Below, in pieces: positions 38,902 through 51,229 of a DNA stretch of 64,000 nucleotides. The stretch's first letter is position 1. Each line of letters begins with the position of its first letter. The translations under genes and the position numbers were made by a program. The DNA is from Spongospora subterranea f. sp. subterranea (lineage: Eukaryota): positions 124,001-188,000 of the forward strand of contig JAUGWO010000136.1 in the NCBI GenBank assembly GCA_049724395.1. The letters are read 5' to 3'. The notes beneath the pieces were generated by a model that was given only the letters and a program-made list of their open reading frames with translations, had not been told where the DNA came from and did not search any database.

Positions 38902-40676
38902 TTACAAATTTGCAATGAAAATGAGGGTGAGAGTAGTTAGCAGGGTGCCAGAAATGGTCAGAAGGAATGAGAAGTTCGATGCAGCTGATTTGCTTGGACC
39001 CTCCTTTTGTAGTGGCACCTGGTTTCACGACAACTGCGTTCGGATCAACAGTGCGGTCGCCAAGGTACTTGAACTGATGGATTTGAGATTGGTCGTAATC
39101 GACGGCGTATAATGCTGAGTCTGCTCCCGTTCCCGCCATTGTAAAATCTACCCATTTCGATCCCGTTCCGGTAGGGGTATTGTATGAGACCAAAACCATC
39201 TTCGACGCATCTGGATCTGGAGCACTGTACGGAACGTAAATGCATGTCAAAATTATTCGAGCGGACTATTGATTACCCTTGTGCATCATTTGCCAGTGCA
39301 AATATGCACTGCATCGATGAGTCAGCCCATATCATTCGATTCTGCCATGCGGAACCCCAATCCGTCCCGGAACGGAACGTAAACGCAGCGGGAGAGACCG
39401 ATCCTCGCATACAGTGCTCTTGGGCTCCAGGAATATTAAACCCTCTTGTTCGAGAGTAGTATAAGAATGGTTTCGTGGCTATTTTAGCGACGTCGGCACA
39501 ACCAGCATCAGCCCCATATCTTGGCTGATATGCCACTCCTTCAAAACATGGCCATCCGAAGTTCGGAACAGTCGTTGCAGTTAAAGGGTCGGGTAATCGA
39601 TTGATTTCTTCGAAGAAATCAGATCCGACATCACCGATGTAGAGATCATAGGTAACGGGGTGAATAGCGAACCTGAACGGGTTACGAAGACCTATTCAAA
39701 GCAACGATCGGTTATAGATCTAAACTCCATATGGTTCATGCAACAGATACCTTTAGCAACTATTCGGACATCAGCAAGTCTCAACTGAGTTGTCGACATT
39801 AGTTGAGTTTTGGAAATGTATAGGATCTAAAACATCTGGAAGTTATAACTTGTCCAACTATCCGAGTAGTACATCACCTTTCCATGAGTGTAATCGTCCC
39901 ATTGTGAACGCCATGCGCCTTGGAATCGAGCATCTGCGTCTCGATGGCATGGTTTACCTGGAGTACCGCGATCCTGTAAATAAAACCCAATATGTGAAAG
40001 GAAGTGGGATAAGTGCCCGGTGAGATTACATCAACTGTATAGGACGATCCATCCCCTCCTGATACGTATAATCCACCATCTCTTGCCCAGGCAAGGTTTC
40101 CCAGATGATGAGACATCCCATTGGAGCACCATCCTGTCATTAACACCAAATCAGTCACTCCTGAGTTGCCGTTCATCTTGATTCGGATGAGTCGGGCTGC
40201 CTGATCACATTGAGCTTCAGGTTGAACACTGCCACCATCGCCAGCATCACAAGAATTGGGATATATAGTCTGGTCTAGAGGATTATCTGTCCTGGTTACC
40301 GACACCAAAACCCAAATGTAGGGATTGGCGGGATAGTTTGGATCAACAGCCATACCCAGCATGCCGCGATCATTCCAGAATGCAGTTAGCCCAACATCGT
40401 TGGACCAGACATCAACGTAATCAACTCCGTTTGTGTTAATGGAAGGGAACTTGCGAAGAATGCCATCCTTAAGGCTACAGAATACCTGAATAGATGTAAG
40501 AAAGTGACCCAATATCACATAGCGGTCTGAAATACCTCTCCATTAGCGGCTATCTGCATCTTGACACATGCTCCGATACCAGTCCAATGTTGAGTTTGAC
40601 TGAATTGTGTGCTATCCCACACTAAACCTGAAGATAAACCCCACAGGGCAATGCCCATCCATATTCTGAAAATCAT
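38902..40676 (-). CDS. PQQ glucose/sorbosone dehydrogenase-like protein (copy 3; GPI-like tail shifted by 1 bp at 39005-39008)
   Basis: Tandem near-duplicate of copy 2. The shifted frame encodes SKSAASNFSFLLTISGTLLTTLTLIFIANL*. Confidence 0.85.
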
Positions 40677-40868
40677 CCTGCTTGACGATCTCAAGCAATT
40701 TGGAATGACGCTTATTTTGAGCATCAACATTATTTGCCTCGTGCCACTTGACCTGGGCACGCGCTTGTCTAAAGCTGCGAGATCAGATGTGTTCGTTTAC
40801 AAATGAAAGAATAAGATCTCCAGGATGTTGAAGGGTGGAAATGGTACAGATTGACACGTTAGAAGATA

Positions 40869-41445
40869 TTAGTCTTTATTGATTCCTAAAATCCGGACCC
40901 GATGCATATAAGGGCTCTTGGCTACCAATGCAATTGCAAGAGCGACGCTGTTTGCGACAGCAATATCCACGTCCCAATCACTCTCATGAGACGCAAGTAA
41001 AAACCTTTGAGCAACATTAAGTGAAAGTTCAGTTCCCACAACAATTATTACTTACAAAACTAATGGAGTTATTGCCAGAAATTTACGATTGGTTGTGTAT
41101 TGAGCACCACGATCAATTTGCTCCCAGAATGTTTCGCTGTCATAAATCCCCTGATCTTCTGGAACTGGAGACCCCTTCTTCCAATGGAATAAAAAAAAAT
41201 GTGACCTACCATTGTAAAATAATAGTAAACCGCTATTCGTTAACTGACAATATTTCCGAGGATACCGCAGTATGAACTTGATGGACCACTGTCCAAGCGC
41301 AATGTCGCCATTGCAAAATGGGGACCGCGAACAGCAAAAACCGAAATATAATCAGGATCCCAATATAGAACGACCAGAACCCTTTTTCGTCGAGGAATGA
41401 TACATTGCGATTGTCAAAGGATGTATCTGAATCATCCATTGCCAT
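40869..41445 (-). CDS. ORMDL: ORMDL/Orm sphingolipid synthesis regulator
   Basis: NRNVSFLDEKGFWSFY, AWTVVHQVH, FHWKKGSP, TFWEQID and MHRVRIF-like/LGINKD* C-terminus. Confidence 0.92.
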
Positions 41446-41755
41446 ATGTCAAATGGGCACTTTACAATCCAAACCGGGCTATGAGTTTAAGATATGTAAC
41501 ATTGATCAGGAGTACAGGGGACCGGTGCTGTGTGACACATACAGGTAAAGGATCCAGCCACCTGCTGGTGTTAGTCAACGTGTATCCCCAACTGCTGTAT
41601 TCCATCCATACCGAATGGATACACCCAATACACTGATCGTCTAATGATTCTCGTCCACCTCAAGTGGGACCGCAACACCAGTTCACTCAGTGAATTCCAA
41701 TTCAGTTATAAGCTATCACCACTCCCTTTATTCATATTCTGTTTAATCCATCTTC

Positions 41756-43250
41756 ATGACCGATTTTATTTCTGGCATTGGCACGGCTCCATCTTGGGGG
41801 CTGTCGCCGGCCCGTTGTTTTACATCGCTTCCGGGTATCGGTACTACTTGCGATTAGCAATAGCACAAACATCACTTCAAGTAAAAATATATTTCAGATC
41901 CCACGATCCCATGCAAAATCGTCGCGCTGGGTGCTGGAAACATTGGCCATATTCTGTATACAAGTGCAACGAGCAAATCAACAGCGGAACTGTTTGTTGC
42001 ATATGACGACACTGAGAGCTTGGCCCGAGATTTGTTGCTTCTGTCGATTGCTATGGATACCGATATTGCAGAAACGGGTACGTACTGGCATCAATTATTC
42101 CTACAACACAATAACTTTTGGCGTCGCAGAAAGGTCCGAATTGTTTCTTGAATGTTTCGCTAACCTCATGCTTCGCGAGAAGACAGATGCGTATCTCGGT
42201 CAGCAAACTCAAAAGTTGATTCAGTATGGCCCACATAGTAATCCCAATTTTGCCAATCATAGACATATGGGCCTAGGAACATTAGCAATTGCATCGAAAA
42301 CCCAGGGGATCGGTTTTTCAGCTTGGTCGATTTGAACAATCTCAAATTTAAAGAACTCGATGATCTGAAGTCCAGCCTTAAGTCCATAAACGACCCACCC
42401 AAGTGCGATATCGAAAATTTGAGGTATACTAGCTGATGAGCTCTAATGCAAATGGGCAAGTAACGTCTTCATTCAGAGATCATCGCCTTCGATCATATTA
42501 TGCCGAGAGATATGATGTCCGACAGAACTTGGTCGATTGGGATTTTGTCATGAATTTAAAAAAAAAAGCCATGATAGTAAATAAGCTTCATTTCACACAA
42601 TGGAGAATGACTGGTCAAGCATTCGAAGTGAGAGACTCTAAATACACAATCCCAAACAAGACTCTGCTCACATATCGAAATGCAAAACAGGTGACAGAAA
42701 ATTCAGCTCAGGATCCGTTGTACAGTACCTGACTATCGCTCAGAAATCGAATGGGAAATCCGTTAGAGTTCTTGGATATTGGGGTGACATCATTGTTTCA
42801 CCATATATATCATTTGGGGTTGAGGCACCAAATGCTCCAGAATTATTTCAAGTTCAAGGGGATCGATACCAGCATTCAGCCGTCGATGTTTCGAAGCACA
42901 ATATTCAAGAGGTGTTCAAATACATGCGAAGCGAGTTGCCGCACTCCACTGTGAAAATAGTCCCAATCATGGGTCTTGATCGTTTGACATCGAAATCGAA
43001 GTTTCGGAACGCCTTTGACTTAGTATATATGCCCATCCAATCAAGTAAAGACATGGCAGATCCAGTATTGAAACTACTGTTGAAGCCAGGAGGCCGGGTT
43101 GCAGTGGAGAGTTTCGATTTTATTGCCTCAATGCCAGAAAAACAACGCTCGCTTTACAATAACAAAATCAAACAGCTGGCAATCGCGGCGAAATTCGAAG
43201 AATGTCCAACGGACAATAGCACAGAACATCAACTTTATTTTACAATTTAA
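41756..43250 (+). CDS. DNAAF3: Dynein axonemal assembly factor 3 (PF22)
   Basis: WGLSPA, GNIGHILYT, LARDLLLL, FLECFAN, RLRSYYAERYDVRQNLVDWD, WRMTGQAFE and GYWGDIIVSPY. Confidence 0.9.
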
Positions 43251-43962
43251 ACTACATCACCTAACATTTTATGCTTGACGTTACCGGATTCAATTAATAG
43301 AGGAATCTCGGCAGCAAGCCATGGACCTAACTAAACAAAATTAATGCGAACCATTGGCAACTAATCTCAGTCGACTAACCCCCAACGCAAGAGCATGTGC
43401 GATTCCATATTTGGGAACGTTTTGAGCCCATAGGGGTTTGAAGTGGACATCGAGACATATTTTGCCGCCCCTGGCAAAACAGTCTGATTGGCACGTTATC
43501 TGTTGAAATATCGTAAACATACCGATACATCTTGGGGGTTTTGCCTTCGAGTTCAGGTAGTTCCAGCTCAATTGGAGACTCTGGATATGACACTGGAATC
43601 TGTTATCATCAAAGAAAGTGTTTACAAGAATCAGAAATGGCAAACAAAAACTGATACCTGAAACTTGAGTTGGAATTCATATTTTAAATGATTGGAATGT
43701 ACATACCAGCATGTCCCAGACCAATTAACTCCTGTTTTGTCAGCTGAAATTTTAAACCAATCGTGATCGGCTTCTTTGTTTAATTGAACATACTACCAGA
43801 TACGTCAAGTTAAGTCAGAATGGCTTTTCCAGCCACGCGCCAGGTCCCTCGTACCTTGATTAGCGCTTTCAGCTCTTGCTTGACCCGCTCTATCCATTGA
43901 TCTCCATCCCTTGGGCCAGCTCGTATTGTCAACAGCGGAATCTTCTTATCAGAATCTGTCAT
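43247..43962 (-). CDS. UFC1: UFM1-conjugating enzyme 1
   Basis: [44 protein letters not shown] and [10 protein letters not shown]. Confidence 0.95.
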
Positions 43963-44036
43963 TGGTGGGTTTGGCAGTGATCCCGACAAATTGCTGTGCG
44001 CATTATTATTCCCACACAGTTCAGAGACCAGACCAG

Positions 44037-44435
44037 TACAGTAACGTCTCCCGCTAAAATACGCACCCGTTTAGGCAGGCATCCCGGTAAAGGACGCGTT
44101 ATTTAGGGTTCAAGTTTATGATCATGTTATGGATCGTCAATTCTTGTGTTTGGCGTTCAATGCACAGATTGAGCCTTGCTTTGAAGCGACTTCAACCACC
44201 TTTCTAAAATCATCGAATGTTTCCCCAGCACCCTCGTCAACCTCAGGGCAGATCAACTAATCCTCAATGTCAACGACTTGCTTATAAAGTGACTCGAACC
44301 TTTCAAATACACAACGTTGCTTGTCGTCTTGCTCAGTTTCGCTATTATCTCGAATCGCTGAGACTCGTTGAGGCGTGTCCCGTTCGGTTTTCGTCGACAC
44401 ACCAAAGAAAAGTGATCTCCCGCTTAAATACACTT
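44037..44435 (-). mobile_element. Degenerate, internally deleted pogo/Tigger (CENP-B/jerky-like) DNA transposon remnant
   Basis: Minus strand encodes the HTH-like start TRLNESQRFEIIAKLSK and a stop-interrupted C-terminal FESLYKQVVDIED*LICPEV. The end TA|CAGTAACGTCTCCCGCTAAAATAC has a related internal copy at about 44417-44431. Confidence 0.55.
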
Positions 44436-44786
44436 GGTGCGTACTTTAGAAGTATTTGACAGATTCTCATCGATACTTCTTAGGATTGATGCGGAATGCC
44501 CAAATTTGTCGCTGATGGCGACCGCTCTTTCAACAACATCATTGACCGCATCACTCCCTCCTGGTGACTATCAAATTTGGCAGGTTTGGCAAACACTATC
44601 AGTCATTTCGACAATCTCCTCAAGCCGTTCCCGTTTCTTATCGGTGGCGGATTTCTGCCAACGCGATTCCCGGGTTTGGTTTTAGCCGATGAGCGACGAT
44701 CAGTCGCTCTCCGTGGTCATGTCATGTTGATTAGTTAATAACCGTACACTGGTCATTAGATTAAACGACACTTTCCCTACCGTTAT

Positions 44787-45937
44787 ATGTTGACATCGGA
44801 ACTCTCTGGTTTGCGTCGCTCCATCAGGCTTGGCGGTGAGCGCAAGCTTGCTTCCACAACTGCATTAATCGCAGTCCCGGCTGGTTCCTCTACTGCTAAC
44901 GTGAGGGTGAAGAAAAAACGCAAGGAAACCGATGTTATTAAAACGGAGGTAGACATGAGCAGGCTAGAGCTGTTTAACAAACAGTGGCAAGGTTTATTGA
45001 AGATGCGAGCCAGTAGAAATGCGGATGTGGATCTGTTCGGGGCAGAAGCGTTGTCAAGTGGTGTCGATCTCAAGCCCAAGGTTATGCGGTATCATGCGCT
45101 TATCGCTGTGCGTATCCGCTTCCGATTATCACCCGAACAGGCTCTGATCTGTTTCAATCGACCAGGTAATGCTCAGCAGCCAGACCAGAGATCCTATTAC
45201 GGCAGTTGCAATGAATAACCTGAAGGCTATGAAAGGAGGCCTGACTGTCGAAACCATCAACGAAACATCTGAGTCGGACCTCAAAGGTTCATTCTGTAAA
45301 TCTCCTGGGAGCTGTTTCCAATTGGATCTACTTAGATCTTATTTACGGCGTTGGGTTTTATAACAGAAAAGCTAAATTTATCAAAGAGACTACCCGCATT
45401 CTTTCCGATCTTTACGACTCCGATCTCCCCAATGATCTTGATCTCGTTTGCGTGAGTCAGTTTTTTTTGTTGTTCTACCATTTTCTGAAACCGTTTTAGA
45501 GCCTACCAGGATGTGGCCAGAAGATGGCTAAAATCGCGCTGCGCATCGGTTGGGGAAATGTCTGTGGAATTTCCGTTGACACCCATGTCCATCGAAGTGG
45601 CAAGGTTATATGGGTTTCAGCAGGTATCAATCCGGACAACCTGCTTAAATTTGCCTTCCATAGGCGGATCGGATGGTCCAGTGAGCGAGCAACAACACCC
45701 GAAAAAACTGCAGCAGAGCTTGAAAGCTGGGTTCCGCGGCAGGTCTGGGATAAGCTGAACTTGATCGTTGTCGGATTTGGTCAGCAAGTATGCAAGGCTC
45801 CGAATCCTTCTGTACGTAATCATTGCATGTCACCCCATGTATCCTGAAATCTGTTCTTCCAGTGCGAATCGTGTCTAATCAAAGATTTATGCGAAAGAAA
45901 CGGGATCGCAAGAAAAAACGTTCCCAAGAAGCCTTAA
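44787..45937 (+). CDS. NTH1: Endonuclease III homolog (NTH1/NTHL1)
   Basis: MLSSQTRD, VGFYNRKA, LPGCGQKMA (HhH), GISVDTHVHR, VGFGQQVC and a C-x6-C-x2-C-x5-C 4Fe-4S motif. Confidence 0.93.
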
Positions 45938-46263
45938 TAATAATAAAGCAGAACACATTCCGTTTTTAAATCTTATCGAGTAAATTGGGTGCCACTCCTA
46001 ACAGAAAAGCTCGATCTTGTTGAGTTTCTTTGTGTCATAAAAAAGCGGTGTACCTGTAGTGGCGCCAGCCCACAGTCGCCGTTTATGTACATGAATACAG
46101 TACACACAAGACATAATTAGTTAAGTGCTACTGCTACATACATTTAGCTGTATTTACTGTACAGTATGTGGAATTCGAGGCCGATTGCTAATCCTGTGTT
46201 ATCGTGGGTTGGCCTTTCTCAAATTAATCAACGATCTTGTCGAGTGGGATAGCCGGTCATCCA

Positions 46264-47875
46264 ATGTCGGCACCGAGCGTGCCTGAGGGCTTGAAACCGC
46301 CCATGGTGATCGACAATGGCACAGGGTCAGTGCCTTGATTGAAACGCGTTCCTTTTTTTTATCTGCTTACGCAGATACACAAAAATGGGGTTTGCGGGCA
46401 ATGCCGAGCCTAACTTTATCGTTCCAACATTGATCGCAAACCAAGTTCCCGGCCAAGGAAAAAAGGTTAATATAAAGTCACAATGACGATGCACGTTTCT
46501 GACTGTCAAGTTTGTTTTTTCAGGTCAGCGAAGTTCAGGATTTAGATTTTTTCATCGGCAAAGAAGCGGCCGACGTCCGTCGTAACTACGCCATTGATTA
46601 TCCTATACGGCATGGGATTATTGATAACTGGGATAACATGGAGAAGTTTTGGCAAAGATGCATCTACCAGTATTTACGTGCCGATCCCGAGGAACATTAT
46701 GGTAATTTCTCAGTCTACGTATAATTCATAGGACTTATACTGATTAGTTTTACTTACCGAGCCCCCCATGAACACTCCCGAGAATCGCGAATATACCGCT
46801 GAAATCATGTTTGAAACTTTCAATGTCCCAGGCATGTACATTGGCGTTCAAGCAGTTTTAGCACTTATTGCATCGTGGGCATCGGAAAGCGTGACGAGGA
46901 CGCTGACAGGAACTGTAATTGATTCTGGGGATGGTGTAACACATATTATTCCTGTTGTCGAAGGTTATGTCATCGGCAGCTGTATTAAGCACATTCCTTT
47001 AGCTGGAAGTGATATCACGAAGTCAGAACGGATGTTGCAACCACCTCTCAACTCTTATTCAAAATTCCCAGGTTTATTCAGCAACAACTTCGGGAACGTA
47101 ATGAGAAATTACCACCCGAAGACTCTCTGCTGATTGCCCGAAGAATCAAGGAAAAATATTGCTATGTTTGTCCCGATATTGTTAAAGAATTCGGCAAATA
47201 CGATGCGGAACCTTCAAAATTTTTCAAACTTGAGAATATTGTCCTGCCTTCCACTATGTTTTTTCACTCATGTTCTAACTTTTTTTCAGTCAAACACAAA
47301 AACGTCTCAATCCAACGATATCGATGTGGGCTATGAACGGTTTCTCGGTCCAGAAATATTTTTTAGCCCAGAAATCTTCAGCTCTGATTTCACTGTGCCT
47401 TTGCCGAACGTTGTTGATGAAACCATACAAGCTTGCCCAATCGACACCAGACGACCTCTTTATCGCAATATCGTGTTATCAGGCGGGTCGACAATGTTCA
47501 AAGATTTTGGACGGCGTATTCAAAGAGACGTCAAACGTCTAAACGATCTCCGTTTCACGAAAGTAATCATTTTCTCTTCATTAAAGACGCTGTTTTTCAA
47601 CCTCGTTTTCAGGCGGAATCTTTAGCAGGAGGCAAAATACAAGTGAACCGAATGGAAGTTAACGTTATCTCCCATCGCATGCAAAGATTCGCTGTCTGGT
47701 TTGGTGGAAGTATGCTGGCTTCCATGGTAACGTCACGCTGCTCAATTATTGCAAAACTGCTATTCATATTTGTGATTGTTAGCCTCAGTTTTACAAGAAC
47801 AGTTATTCGAAAGCAGATTACGAAGAAATTGGTCCTCGAATCGCCCGGCATAACGCGGTGTTCTCCCTTATCTAG
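46264..47875 (+). CDS. ARP3: Actin-related protein 3
   Basis: [64 protein letters not shown] and HNAVF. Confidence 0.96.
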
Positions 47876-47958
47876 TTTAAGCAATAAAAAAAAATATGGT
47901 TTTGCGCCTTGTGAAACTTTAAAACAGCAAGTCATTTTTTTGCAAATTGCGTTTACAA

Positions 47959-49115
47959 TTAAACGGAGAACATTTTTCTCAGCATCACAACGGTTCCGAT
48001 TAAGGCGGCAACGGCGAAAGCCACATTCATATGAGCACTTCTACTGCGTCCATCATTTGTTTCTTTCAGGGGATTTTGCAACATCCACTCAACACTGGAG
48101 GCGATGGCATCACTTGCTGGTCGATATTTATAACCTAACTCGGATATTGCTTTCTCAGAAGAAAAGTAGCAGAACATATTTGCTGGGAGAACCTGTGATG
48201 TACCATAGCTTAACAAATGATTTGGCAAGGGTGGGCGATGTTACCTTTTCCAGTGGTAGGAAACCAAGTCTACCAAAAACAAGCTGAATCCACATAGGAA
48301 TTGGCAAATAGGGGGGCTTGACTTTCGCAACCGATGCTATTAGTTGAAACATTGTCTTAAGGGTGATATTTTCACCTCCTAAGATATATCGTTCTCCTTT
48401 TCTTCCACGCTGCCACGCAGATACCATCCCACTGCAAACATCATCCACATGGACGACATTGATGCCACCTTTGGCATAGAACGGAAACTTTCCTGACGCA
48501 ACTCTTCTTTGAACGCTTCTAGAAGATTTCAAGGCATCTCCAGGACCGTAAACGTTGCATGGATTGACAATAACGACGTCAAGCCCACGCTCGTTGCATA
48601 ATTTTAATAATGCTTGCTCACTTGCCAGTTTACTCTCACCATAACCTAACCGATGCTCCGACAAGTTATACGAAGAATTTTCATTTCGAAGTGGATCGTC
48701 CTGTTTCCAGTTAAATCCCAATGCCGCCATTGATGAGCAGTGAATCATGCGACAGCCTGTGATATGATGAATCGCATAACTTCGTCGTGAAACGAGTTTA
48801 CCTTGTTGGATGCACGCTTCAGCAACATTCACGGCGCCACCCACATTTACTTTGAATAAATTCGACCTGTCTGCCGGGGAGTAGAGTATAAGGGGCAGCT
48901 AAGTGGAACACCACATCCATTCCTTGAACAGCACGAATTACGGTGTCGGGGTCGGTCACATCGCCGACGATAACATTCGACAAGGGCACTTCGATGGAGG
49001 ATGCATCAAGCGCCATATACCGTGAAAAAATAAAAACATCGTGGCCTTGATCAGCTAGATGGCGGCAGAGCGCATTGCCCAAAAATCCAGCTCCACCAGT
49101 CACGAGGCAGCGCAT
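47959..49115 (-). CDS. NAD-dependent epimerase/dehydratase (DFR/HpnA-like extended SDR) with C-terminal TM; apparent frameshift at 48892-48895
   Basis: LVTGGAGFLG, HLAA, YGESK (YxxxK), VNPCNVYGPGD, VHVDDV, GERYILGG and hydrophobic tail. Confidence 0.88.
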
Positions 49116-49487
49116 TACGATAATGAATATAGGGATTAGTCGATTCCAACGAAGACGATGAGGATTGTGCGTATCGGCACGACATTTGACAGGAATGAGC
49201 AGTTACGAGGCACGAGCCGCAACAGTCACTTGTACGCTGCTGTAGTCGTTACAGCCACGAGCCCACGTCGCCTTTTGTGAGGTGAGGGCGGAGGCTCCCC
49301 GCAAATTGATGACGCCCGCGCCTCGAATTCAGCGTCTGGTTCCCCAAGACATGGTGAGTACATACATACGAAGCGTCATGCGCTTCATCTGACTTTTCGT
49401 GTTTTTGCACAGTTTGTAAGAAGATTGGTGGCCAACATGTGATAAACGGACTTGATTATAGTGTACTTGATCAACCTGAATTACTAG

Positions 49488-51229
49488 ATGCAAGAGGATG
49501 TGGATAATTTGTTATCAGGAAGATGGCCATCTGGGATTAGGTCACTTGCTGTATTATCCTTGTCGTTAATCGTTTCCTCGGACCTATCCTTGCTCCTGCT
49601 GTTGAAGTGTATTCAAAATTCTGATCCATCTTTTAGCCCAACACTCGCTCTAATTATAATTACGAGCATTCCGTTCCTCGCCTCAATCAGATGGCTGCGC
49701 ATACCCCATTTGAATCAAAGGTTTTGTCCTTGGACGCTTGAAATGATATGCCCAATCTCATTTTCGATATCAATTTAGGATGGAAACTCGTCGGTTTTTC
49801 CTGCCTTTGTCATGTTATTTGTTATTGTCTGTGATTGGCACAATTGGGTTCATAAATTTGGTCTGGGCATCGTGGATGATGTCAATGGTTCAAGTTTTAG
49901 CTCTATACTCGATAGGTCCAGTGTTCGATATTTTATGTGATTCGATACCATCAGCCCAGGCGCCCTGGTGGTCGAGTACTTCAGCATATTCCTTAATTCC
50001 AATGGCGATAATCAAAATGTCAGGAATTGCGATTATATGTGGCTCGAGTGCCATGTTCGCTTTCGTCTCATACAACTTGAGAACACATCGAATTAGATTT
50101 GATATTCCACATACCGAACAATCATTGCAACTCGTTTTCCTAATTGTTTCTTCTCGTGGTCTGTTTGCAGTCAGGTCCGTTTTGAACCAGGCGTTTATTC
50201 TACAGGCCTATCGACCAAGACAAGAAAATTCTCATGATCATTCCCGGATCGCTCTCATGCATTGCGTCTCTGGATATGTTCAACCCAGGCTTCATCTCCT
50301 AGATCGTCTGTTCGGATCTCGACTATCAATTTTCCGCAGGTCGCTCCTTCTTGGATTTGACCAACGATCGGCTTTGATGTCAGATCAACTGGGACTACAT
50401 TTGCTTTCTTTCCCTATGGCCATATTCACTCATATTTTAAATGGAGAAACTGATCAGGTTGGGTCTATGCCATCGAGCCTTGCTAGGTCTGCTGCTGCCT
50501 CAATAGCTCTATCATCAATAAGCGTTATGTTGGCGGTTAGACCTGCTATATACCAGACAGCGTCCATGACTGTGAATTGGCCAACTCTCACCTGTGCCCA
50601 ATCTCTCACAGATATGATTATCAATCTGTCAGTATTATACTTCTTCTCGAAAAGCACCGACAAGGTTCAAATTATAGCGGCCCTCGCATGCTTGGTTGGG
50701 AACTTGATAATAGCTTATGGTCAAGATATGCACTACCGAATAATTCAGCAATCAATGCTGCTTCGCAATTTACAATTCAGCGATAGCCCGGGAACCATAC
50801 AAAAGTTAGCTAAAGCTCGGAACATTCTGTCGAAATACGAATTTGAACTTTGTCTTCTGAATACCATCATGTTACGTGGTCAGAATCTGAACAATGAACA
50901 GATTCGCAATGACCTCACAGCGAGTTCTCCCCTTCCGGTAAATAGGTTTGAAAAGCTATGTACAAACGGGGTAATCAATTGTTGCTTTGTAGGTGCTCGA
51001 CAGAACCACGGCGGATCAAGCGGTAAACACCGTATCAGAGCCAGCAGCTGATCTAGGAAGCCTCTACAGGCAGAGATTTTTCCATTCTACAGAGAATGGC
51101 TGGAGAAATGGCGTTATTCAAATAAACAGCAAAACTATCACAAATGTTATCGTTTTGTTAACATTCCGGGCGGCGCTTTCCACGCAAAAGGGGGAGTCAC
51201 CTCACTGGCTCCTTCTTGGCCAGAATTAA
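49488..51229 (+). CDS. Hypothetical multi-pass membrane protein
   Basis: A 423-aa hydrophobic ORF plus flanking exons linked by GT-AG introns. No family recognised. Confidence 0.6.

Noticed and set aside
47433..48287. 284-aa plus-strand ORF
   Set aside because: It is a chance read-through of Arp3 exons and introns and the antisense strand of the epimerase gene.
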